From: Bacteroidales bacterium
GTDB lineage: Bacteria; Bacteroidota; Bacteroidia; Bacteroidales; GCA-2748055
Direction: 5' to 3'
Assembly: GCA_029931975.1 (NCBI GenBank)
Contig: JAOZQY010000009.1
Location: 8,328-72,327 of the forward strand
Length of the DNA stretch: 64,000 nt
Shown: positions 56,852 through 64,000 of the stretch, one piece after another
Numbering within the stretch: position 1 is the first letter of the stretch
Layout of the letters: each line of letters begins with the position of its first letter
Made by a program: the position numbers and the translations under genes
The notes under the pieces: model-generated
What the model saw: only the letters and a program-made list of their open reading frames with translations
What the model was told of the DNA's origin: nothing
Database searches by the model: none

Positions 56852-59653
56852 GTGGAAAAAAAATTATTCCTATTGGATGCTTATGCCTTGATTTTCAGGG
56901 CCTATTACGCATTCTTATCAAACCCCATGACTAATTCAAAAGGGGTGCCAACTTCTACGGTATTTGGTTTTACCCTGGCCCTGGAGGAAATTCTGCGAAA
57001 GGAAGACCCATCATATATAGCTGTCGTATTTGATCCGCCCGGCCCCAACTTCAGGCATGAAATGTTTCCCCAATACAAGGCCAACAGAGAGGCGACACCC
57101 GAGGATATTAAAACGGCTGTTCCATATATTAAAAGGTTGGTGGAGGGATTCAATATCCCGGTGATAGAGTTAAGCGGTTTTGAAGCTGATGACGTCATTG
57201 GAACTATGGCTAAACAAGCTGAAAGAGAGGGGTTTATGGTCTATATGGTGACGCCGGACAAGGATTTTGCCCAGCTGGTATCAGAGCGGATATTCATGTA
57301 TAAGCCCGGCAGGGGCGGTGGAGCACCTGAAGTGCTGGGTCTTACTGAAGTGAGGGAAAAGTTCCATGTGGAACGCCCTGAACAGGTAATTGACTTCCTG
57401 GCATTGATGGGCGATGCTGCAGATAATATTCCCGGAGCAAAAGGTGTAGGAGAGAAGACAGCTAAAAAACTAATTGGGCAATTCGGAACCGTGGAGGGTG
57501 TCTATGAAAATATTGAGCAGCTTAAGGGAAAACAAAAGGAAAACCTGGAAAATTCATATGAACTGGTAAAACTTTCTAAAGAGCTGGTCACCATAGTATT
57601 GAATGTTCCCGTAAAACATTTACCCGAAGAGCTGATCAGGAAAGAACTAAACAAAGAAAGACTTCAGAAATTGTTTAATGAGCTGGAATTTAGAAATTTA
57701 GCAGATAGAATTCTGGCTTCAAGTCCGCGTGTTTCCCCTGAGCTCACTCAAGGGCGCTCTTCCTCTGCAGGTCAGGAAGGACAGGCCTCCCTTTTCGGAG
57801 ACCCCGTGGGGGGTGAACTTACTGTTCAGGAGTCTTTGTTGGAATCCATTGATTCGCGTGAGCATCATTATAGGCTAATCAATAACTATAAGGATGTAAA
57901 AGCCCTGGCCCGTGAGCTAAGCGAGTTAAAGTCATTCTGTTTTGATACAGAGACAACGGGTCTTGATCCGCTTGAAGCCGAACTAGTTGGAATTGCATTC
58001 AGCTGGAAAGACCATCATGCGGCCTATATTTTTTTTGGGGATGAGCGTGATAAAACACAGGAATGGCTACAGCCCTTAAAAGAGGCCTTCAGCAATCCCG
58101 ACATCGAAAAAATCGGACAAAACATAAAGTATGATTTACACATCTTAAAGAATTATGAATTAGAAGTGAAGGGGCGACTATTTGATACAATGATTGCACA
58201 TTTTCTTTTAAAACCGGAACAGAAACATAATCTTAATGTTCTTGCAGAGCAGTACCTGGCCTATTCAATGGTCAAAATAGAAACGCTGATAGGTAAAAAG
58301 GGAACGCATCAATCGTCATTCAGGTCTGTATCACCGGAAAAAGCTTGCGAATATGCTGGCGAAGACGCAGACATTACATGGCAGCTGGCTGGCATATTAA
58401 GGAAAGAGCTTAATGACCAGGGATTTAAGGCCTTATCTGAAGGTATTGAAATGCCACTTATTCCTGTGCTGATGGAGATGGAGCACAGGGGCGTGAAATT
58501 GGATGTGGAGGCACTGAATCTATTTGCTGTTCAATTGCGTGAAGATATTATTGAGTTCGAGCAGCAGATTTTTTCACTGGCCGGCATGGAATTCAACATT
58601 AATTCACCCAGGCAGCTGGGAGAGGTGCTGTTTGAAAGACTTAAGATTGTTGAGAATCCAAAGAAGACGAAAACCAAGCAGTATGCCACGGGCGAGGAGG
58701 TTCTTGTTCAACTGAAAGAGAAACACCCCATTGTTTCTAAAATGTTGGAGTACAGATCTTTAAAAAAGCTGTTAAACACTTATGTATCAGCTCTTCCTCT
58801 TCTTGTAAAGCAAGGAACAGGGAAAATACATACTTCATTTAATCAGGCCCTGGTTACTACGGGCAGGCTCTCTTCGGTGAATCCTAATTTGCAGAATATT
58901 CCAATCAGGGAGGAACGCGGCAGAGAGATACGCAGGGCCTTTATTCCTGAAAAAGAGGGAAATATTTTCTTTTCTGCTGACTATTCTCAAATTGAATTAA
59001 GATTGATGGCTCATTTGAGTGGTGATAAACAGATGATCGAAGCCTTTGTAAATAATGAGGATATTCACAGGGCCACTGCGGCTAAAATCTTCAAGGTTAC
59101 TCTTTCTGAGGTGAGCCGGGACATGAGGGGAAAAGCAAAAACCGCCAACTTTGGAATTATATATGGTATATCAGCTTTTGGATTGTCTCAAAGGATGCGG
59201 ATTTCAAGAGGAGAAGCCAAGGAGCTGATAGAAGGCTATTTTACTTCCTATCCTGGCGTTCGTGAATTTATGGAAGCGTCCATTCGAATGGCAAGGGAGA
59301 AAGGCTTTGTGGAGACCATGTTTGGGAGAAAGAGATATCTTCCGGATATTATGTCACGAAACGCGGTAGTGCGGGGTAATGCGGAACGAAATGCTATAAA
59401 TTCACCCATTCAGGGTTCCGCAGCAGACATCATTAAGATAGCCATGATTCGCATCCAGGAATTATTTAAAAAAGAGCAACTCAATTCAGCCCTGATTCTG
59501 CAGGTTCATGACGAACTAAATTTCGATGTTGTTCCCGGGGAGCTGCTTAGGGTCAAAGAGATCACCAGGCAGGAAATGGAAAATGCCACCACCCTCTCGG
59601 TTCCGCTTACTGTAGATATGGGTGAAGGTGCGAACTGGCTTGAAGCACATTAA
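56852..59653 (+). CDS. polA: DNA polymerase I
   Basis: 5'-nuclease N-terminus (LLDAYALIFRAYYAF), 3'-5' exonuclease (FDTETTGLDP), and polymerase motifs A (DYSQIELRLMAH), B (RGKAKTANFGIIYG) and C (QVHDEL). GTG start. Confidence 0.95.
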   Translation: MEKKLFLLDAYALIFRAYYAFLSNPMTNSKGVPTSTVFGFTLALEEILRKEDPSYIAVVFDPPGPNFRHEMFPQYKANREATPEDIKTAVPYIKRLVEGFNIPVIELSGFEADDVIGTMAKQAEREGFMVYMVTPDKDFAQLVSERIFMYKPGRGGGAPEVLGLTEVREKFHVERPEQVIDFLALMGDAADNIPGAKGVGEKTAKKLIGQFGTVEGVYENIEQLKGKQKENLENSYELVKLSKELVTIVLNVPVKHLPEELIRKELNKERLQKLFNELEFRNLADRILASSPRVSPELTQGRSSSAGQEGQASLFGDPVGGELTVQESLLESIDSREHHYRLINNYKDVKALARELSELKSFCFDTETTGLDPLEAELVGIAFSWKDHHAAYIFFGDERDKTQEWLQPLKEAFSNPDIEKIGQNIKYDLHILKNYELEVKGRLFDTMIAHFLLKPEQKHNLNVLAEQYLAYSMVKIETLIGKKGTHQSSFRSVSPEKACEYAGEDADITWQLAGILRKELNDQGFKALSEGIEMPLIPVLMEMEHRGVKLDVEALNLFAVQLREDIIEFEQQIFSLAGMEFNINSPRQLGEVLFERLKIVENPKKTKTKQYATGEEVLVQLKEKHPIVSKMLEYRSLKKLLNTYVSALPLLVKQGTGKIHTSFNQALVTTGRLSSVNPNLQNIPIREERGREIRRAFIPEKEGNIFFSADYSQIELRLMAHLSGDKQMIEAFVNNEDIHRATAAKIFKVTLSEVSRDMRGKAKTANFGIIYGISAFGLSQRMRISRGEAKELIEGYFTSYPGVREFMEASIRMAREKGFVETMFGRKRYLPDIMSRNAVVRGNAERNAINSPIQGSAADIIKIAMIRIQELFKKEQLNSALILQVHDELNFDVVPGELLRVKEITRQEMENATTLSVPLTVDMGEGANWLEAH

Positions 59654-61347
59654 TTGCCGGCCGCTGACTGCGGGACTTTTGCCAGGGCTCCCTGGTTTCC
59701 GTTCAATACCTCTATTAACATACCCGGTTCATTGAGGATCTCCCTGGCTTTATCCAGCTGTGGATCTTCCCTGAGCTGGGCACGAAGTCTGCCGGCCTGA
59801 TAATAATATCGGTTTACAATCTCTTCAGAGAGAATCCGCCTGATCTCTTCTTCAAAAGTTTCGAGGTCCTTCAGGTTATTATGTGAAAGCTTTTCCTCCA
59901 GGGAAAAGAATTCTTTCTTGGCCAGTTCATAGTATTTTTCTCTTTTAGCACTTTTCACGAGATCGGCAAAAGCTTTTTCACTTGAGGTTTTAAACTCAAA
60001 ATCTTTTTCTTCAAGGAAAGCTTTAAAAAGAGCATATTCCTCATTTGATATTGAGAAGCTTTCCGGCGATTCAATCTCTTCAATAGTATTGCGATAGCGT
60101 GTTGCAAAATCAAAAAACATGCTATGGGTATAGAGCTGAATAGATATTTCGGAGAGCATTTCGGGGCTTACTTCAAAATCAGGCCGGATACCGCCACCAT
60201 CATATACAAGGCGGCCATTTCTGGTTGTATATTCTGAAATAAGTGAATCGGGAACGATCCCAACACTGCCATCATCGTTTCGATGGGAGTAATCCAGGGC
60301 CTGGATACAACGCCCGCTGGGAATATAATATTTAGCGGTGGTAACCTTCAATTGTGCATTATACTTCAGTGGTCTGGATGTTTGTACCAGGCCTTTACCA
60401 AAAGTACGCTGTCCAATAACTACGGCACGATCAAGATCCTGGAGAGCACCCGCTACTATTTCAGAAGCTGAAGCTGACCCGCGATTTACCATAACAACAA
60501 GTGGAATTTCCGTGTCAAGTGCGTTACGTGTAGTGGAGTAATCTGAATCCCACTGCTTCATTTTTCCACGAGTGTTTACAATCATCTCGCCCTTATCAAC
60601 AAACAGATTACAGATTCTGACAGCTTCGATTAACAATCCACCTGGATTGGAGCGCAGATCAAGCACCAGAGAAGTTAATTCGTGTTCTTTTTGGAGGGTT
60701 TTTAAAGCATTTTCCACCTCTTTACTTGCACCGGTTGTGAAATTTGAGATGCGGATATAAGCAGTACCATGATCTATCATACCATAGTAAGGAACATTTT
60801 TAATTGAGATTTTTTCCCTGGTCAGAGTAAACTCAAGAGGCTCTTCTACTCCGTAGCGTTTCATGCTTAAAGTAAGTTCTGTTCCAGGTTTTCCCTTGAG
60901 CTTATCGCTTACGGATTCAATGGCCAATTTTTCGGTGGAAACCCCATTTATTTCAAGAATCAGATCACCAGCGCGTATACCGGCTTTTGCTGCCGGGAAC
61001 TTGTCATAAGGCTCAGCAATCATTACCTGGTCTCCGGATCGCCGGATTAGGGAGCCGATTCCCCCATATTCTCCAGTGGTTTGAAACTGGAAATCGTCCA
61101 TATCTGATTCTGGAATATAAGTAGTGTATGGGTCAAGAGAGGAGAGCATAGCTTCGATGCTGGTGGTAACCAGATCCTCAGGATCTGTTTCATCCACATA
61201 AAACATATTAAGCTCTCTGAATAGTGTGTAGTAAATATCAAGATTCTTTACAAGTTCCAGGTCCTTGTTTTTCAAGGTGGAAAAACCAAAACTCAAAAAG
61301 AGAATTAGAAATCCGCCCAAATATATGATATGTTTCTTTTTTTTCAT
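59650..61347 (-). CDS. S41-family C-terminal processing peptidase with PDZ domain
   Basis: PDZ (AAKAGIRAGDLILEINGV), catalytic region NRGSASASEIVAGAL and TFGKGLVQ, with a signal anchor. Confidence 0.85.
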   Translation of the reverse strand: MKKKKHIIYLGGFLILFLSFGFSTLKNKDLELVKNLDIYYTLFRELNMFYVDETDPEDLVTTSIEAMLSSLDPYTTYIPESDMDDFQFQTTGEYGGIGSLIRRSGDQVMIAEPYDKFPAAKAGIRAGDLILEINGVSTEKLAIESVSDKLKGKPGTELTLSMKRYGVEEPLEFTLTREKISIKNVPYYGMIDHGTAYIRISNFTTGASKEVENALKTLQKEHELTSLVLDLRSNPGGLLIEAVRICNLFVDKGEMIVNTRGKMKQWDSDYSTTRNALDTEIPLVVMVNRGSASASEIVAGALQDLDRAVVIGQRTFGKGLVQTSRPLKYNAQLKVTTAKYYIPSGRCIQALDYSHRNDDGSVGIVPDSLISEYTTRNGRLVYDGGGIRPDFEVSPEMLSEISIQLYTHSMFFDFATRYRNTIEEIESPESFSISNEEYALFKAFLEEKDFEFKTSSEKAFADLVKSAKREKYYELAKKEFFSLEEKLSHNNLKDLETFEEEIRRILSEEIVNRYYYQAGRLRAQLREDPQLDKAREILNEPGMLIEVLNGNQGALAKVPQSAAGN

Positions 61348-61461
61348 TTGAGCACTAGTATTTTATTCACATGTATACACTTGGTTAAAACGGGTATAAA
61401 GGAAATATAAAGAATTCAATTCTTCCAACCTTATTAACTTTTTTTAAGAAAGAGTGATGTG

Positions 61462-61469
61462 TATCTTTG
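61462..61469 (+). promoter_or_regulatory. -7 box TATCTTTG upstream of the DUF4271-hemD-rnpA block
   Basis: Matches TAnnTTTG, 19 nt before ATG 61488. Confidence 0.4.
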
Positions 61470-61487
61470 TGGATAAATTTTACGCAA

Positions 61488-62231
61488 ATGCAGGGCCTGG
61501 TCGCTATCGTATTCGCAATATTTAAGGGTTCAGGTATGGCTGTTGTTTTTTCTGAAGGGCTGGAAATCATGGAGAAAATACAGATCCACCAGCCCGCATG
61601 GTATTTTATCTACCTTGTTCTATTAATTAGTGTTTTTGCAGGAATCAGGCTCTATTATGGTAATATTCTTATTCAGACGGTTCAGGCCTCTGCCAATTTT
61701 AGAGTTGCTAACCGCTCCTTCAAGGACAATAGCCTCTTGCAAAACCAAATAGACAGGCTTCTTTACCTTTTTTATTTCTTAAGTATGGCCTTCCTGCTCT
61801 TTTACCTGGAGTTAAAGATAGATCAGGCGCCTTATGGATTGCAGGGCTTCTTCTTGTACCTTTTTAATCTGGGTTTGCTGATGGGGGTCTTTTTAGCTAG
61901 ACTGGTCCTGCTAAATATTGCCGGCTTTTTGTTTAACCGGGTCAATATAATGAGGGAATATCTTTATAACATATTTATTTTTAACAAGCTATCGGGATTG
62001 CTTGTCCTTCCCCTGACGTTTTTACTTGTATATACCAGGGGAATATTGCAGGGTATGTTTCACATTTTTATTATTTTTGTTCTCTCCGCCATCGTGATAA
62101 TGAGGTTGATCCGGGGCGTTGTGTTTTCTTACAGGAAAGAAGTTTTATTTTTCTATATGTTTTTATACCTTTGTGCCCTTGAAATAGCACCTCTTGTATT
62201 ATTATACAGGTGGTTAGAAGGTATCCTTTAA
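61488..62231 (+). CDS. DUF4271-type polytopic membrane protein
   Basis: Six hydrophobic helices and conserved placement upstream of hemD. The listed TTG start (61467) lies inside a TATCTTTG box, so the first ATG (61488) is used. ATG 61569 is also possible. Confidence 0.55.
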   Translation: MQGLVAIVFAIFKGSGMAVVFSEGLEIMEKIQIHQPAWYFIYLVLLISVFAGIRLYYGNILIQTVQASANFRVANRSFKDNSLLQNQIDRLLYLFYFLSMAFLLFYLELKIDQAPYGLQGFFLYLFNLGLLMGVFLARLVLLNIAGFLFNRVNIMREYLYNIFIFNKLSGLLVLPLTFLLVYTRGILQGMFHIFIIFVLSAIVIMRLIRGVVFSYRKEVLFFYMFLYLCALEIAPLVLLYRWLEGIL

Positions 62232-62257
62232 GAAGAGTATTTAAAACGGACTTGTAT

Positions 62258-63019
62258 ATGGGAAGAATAAGGAAAATCCTTGTATCTCAGCCTGAGCCTG
62301 AGAATAATAAATCACCCTATTTTGATTTAGCCAGCAAACACAATTTAAAAATTGATTTTCGACCTTTCATTCATGTGGAGGGTGTCACGGCCAGAGATTT
62401 TCGCCAGGAAAAAGTGGATCTTAGTTCTCACACAGCTGTAATTTTTACCAGTAAAACATCCATAAACCACTATTTTAGGATGGCTGAGGAGACCCGCACC
62501 AGCATTCCAGATACTATGAAGTATTTCTGTGTTTCAGAGGCTACGGCCTATTATCTTCAGAAATACATCGTTTACAGGAAAAGAAAGATTTTTTATGGGA
62601 ACGGAAAAATCCCTAACCTGGTGGAGATAATGAATAAGCATAAGGATGAAAAATTCCTTCTTCCACTTTCGGCTGCACACAAGGAGGAGATTCCGGAACT
62701 GTTGAATAAAGAAAATTTCATCTTTTCGAAAGCCATCCTTTACAGGACCGAATGTAGTGATCTCACCGACCTGGCCGATGTCAATTATGATGTCCTGGTG
62801 TTTTACAGTCCATCAGGAATTAAATCATTGTTCCAGAATTTCCCCGATTTCAAACAGAACAACACAAAAATTGCCTCTTTTGGTGCCAAGACAGCAAAAG
62901 CCGCAGAGGAGGCCGGATTGCGTCTGGATATCACTGCTCCTCAGCCACAGGCTCCTTCAATGACCATGGCCCTGGAGAACTTTATTATAGATTACAACAA
63001 GAACAACGGGAAATCGTAA
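62258..63019 (+). CDS. hemD: uroporphyrinogen-III synthase
   Basis: ILVSQPEPENNKSPYFDL, DFRPFIHVEGV and TAVIFTSKTSINHYF are typical of Bacteroidota HemD. Start at ATG 62258. Confidence 0.75.
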   Translation: MGRIRKILVSQPEPENNKSPYFDLASKHNLKIDFRPFIHVEGVTARDFRQEKVDLSSHTAVIFTSKTSINHYFRMAEETRTSIPDTMKYFCVSEATAYYLQKYIVYRKRKIFYGNGKIPNLVEIMNKHKDEKFLLPLSAAHKEEIPELLNKENFIFSKAILYRTECSDLTDLADVNYDVLVFYSPSGIKSLFQNFPDFKQNNTKIASFGAKTAKAAEEAGLRLDITAPQPQAPSMTMALENFIIDYNKNNGKS

Positions 63020-63414
63020 AAGAGTTTTCACTATCCAAAAGCGAAAGGCTATCCAGCAGGAAAGCCATCACTTCTCTGTTTCATACAGGCAAATCTATTT
63101 ATGCGCCCCCTCTAAGGATTATTTATACATTGGAAGAGAAGGGGCTCCATCCTGTAGTTATGGCTGTTTCTGTCCCTAAAAGGCTTTTTAGAAGAGCTGT
63201 TGATAGAAATCTGCTTAAAAGAAGGATCAGGGAAGCGTACAGGCTTAATAAACCGGCCTTTTATGCTTTGATGGCCCGGGACGGGAATAGGAGCCTTCAC
63301 TTGGTTGTTCAGTATCGGCACAGGGAAATAAAAGCCTTTCACATTATACAGGAAGGTTTACTCGGGAGTCTTTCAAAATTGGAAGATCATTTGAAAGAAG
63401 GAGATTCCGTTTAA
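63013..63414 (+). CDS. rnpA: ribonuclease P protein component (start codon unresolved; ATC 63013 is the only near-cognate candidate)
   Basis: The conserved RnpA N-terminus EFSLSKSERLSSRKAITSLFHTGKSIYAPPLRIIY is encoded in frame upstream of the listed TTG at 63130. RNR-like motif KRLFRRAVDRNLLKRRIREAYR. Confidence 0.7.
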   Translation: MVKEFSLSKSERLSSRKAITSLFHTGKSIYAPPLRIIYTLEEKGLHPVVMAVSVPKRLFRRAVDRNLLKRRIREAYRLNKPAFYALMARDGNRSLHLVVQYRHREIKAFHIIQEGLLGSLSKLEDHLKEGDSV

Positions 63415-64000
63415 CGGATAATGGTGCGCCCTCCCAGTCCGAGGGAGAGTTCACGCTTAATTCCTTCCAGGCTTTGTATTCTTACTATGATCTGGTTGAG
63501 GGTTTCTATGTCCTGTTTCTTTTCACTCTTTTCCAGCTCTTTACGCAACTGGGAAAGCGCTTTTTCAACAACGGTCATTTTATAGGAAAGCAGCGATTTG
63601 GGAACTTCAAAACCCAGGTTTTCACCGGGCATTTCAACATAGGCTTCTTTTCGCTTCCAGACTTTACTTAATTCATAGCGTGAGGTAAAAATATCTACAG
63701 CCAGATCTCTGACACCGGCATTATCGTGGTATATAAAATTGCGCTCGGCCACCTCACCTCCATGTTCTATCAGCTCTTCAACATTTTCAAATATCTGTTT
63801 GTATATCAGGTTAGTAAATTCCAGCTCATCATTCTGTATTTCCCTGATAATATATTGAGCCACACTTATTTCTGTATTTTCCTCCCCCCTAATATGAAGC
63901 ATCATATTACCAAATTTTAAAAGAAAATAGATGATTTCGCGTTCTTCAACCTCGGAATATACATTCTCAACAAAGCCAGGAACCACCGGTTGCTTTGGAA
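63411..64000 (-). CDS. dnaG: probable DNA primase C-terminal region, 5'-truncated by the window edge
   Basis: The frame is open to nt 64000. The helical C-terminal region (ERE IIYFLLKFG..., YELSKVWKRKEAYV) resembles Bacteroidota DnaG C-termini from memory. No catalytic domain is in the window, so the assignment is tentative. Confidence 0.45.
   Translation of the reverse strand, partial: PKQPVVPGFVENVYSEVEEREIIYFLLKFGNMMLHIRGEENTEISVAQYIIREIQNDELEFTNLIYKQIFENVEELIEHGGEVAERNFIYHDNAGVRDLAVDIFTSRYELSKVWKRKEAYVEMPGENLGFEVPKSLLSYKMTVVEKALSQLRKELEKSEKKQDIETLNQIIVRIQSLEGIKRELSLGLGGRTIIR

Noticed and set aside
63004-63019. A slippery-looking G GGA AAT heptamer at the hemD stop, as a -1 frameshift route into rnpA.
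   Set aside because: The heptamer is in register with neither the hemD frame nor a shift that lands in the rnpA frame, so it cannot link the two ORFs.
1-64000. An apparent drop in overall GC content from about 46% (left half) to about 41% (right half), taken as a sign of a foreign island or chimeric assembly.
   Set aside because: It rests on only 23 hand-sampled lines with large line-to-line scatter. Both halves are core housekeeping genes with the same promoter motif. The robust signal is the strand-asymmetry flip reported as a finding, not a difference in base composition. It should still be recomputed with a sliding window.

Overview
The window is a dense, about 90% coding stretch of core chromosome. 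It looks like a Bacteroidota genome. The evidence is TAnnTTTG -7 promoter boxes, a long insert-containing IspG, a patatin/Omp85 fusion, a flippase-dut-TPR-DUF4292-EnvC block and a DUF4271-hemD-rnpA block. I call 56 protein-coding genes, two of them cut by the window edges: ileS at the 5' end and a probable dnaG at the 3' end. Most are housekeeping genes (ileS, lspA, rnr, cysS, ispG, ispD, lgt, hemW, nadA, ruvB, pheS, dut, ybeY, mnmG, apt, uvrC, queD, polA, hemD, rnpA). I found no rRNA, tRNA, CRISPR array, IS element, phage gene or recognisable defence gene. Most of the window is ordinary. Five things deserve a second look. (1) Arg-codon usage and G/C asymmetry flip between strands exactly across the 406-bp AT-rich, ORF-free, divergently flanked Rrf2-nadA intergenic region (34919-35324). 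That is the signature of a replication origin or of an inversion breakpoint. (2) A 1387-aa protein with no signal peptide fuses a GT4-like glycosyltransferase region, about 450 aa of unassigned sequence and a C-terminal phosphodiester-glycosidase (NAGPA-like) domain. It is translationally coupled to hemW and sits opposite a 431-aa paralogous glycosyltransferase. (3) A six-gene abutting cluster, lgt-zupT-czcD-CDF-(RIC/hemerythrin-like)-LuxR, puts a metal importer and two exporters together. It ends in a di-iron protein coupled to a regulator with a degenerate receiver domain. (4) rnpA has a clearly coding N-terminus but no ATG/GTG/TTG start codon. (5) An orphan RsbW-like kinase is coupled to ybeY. 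All tallies quoted are hand counts on the sequence and should be recomputed.
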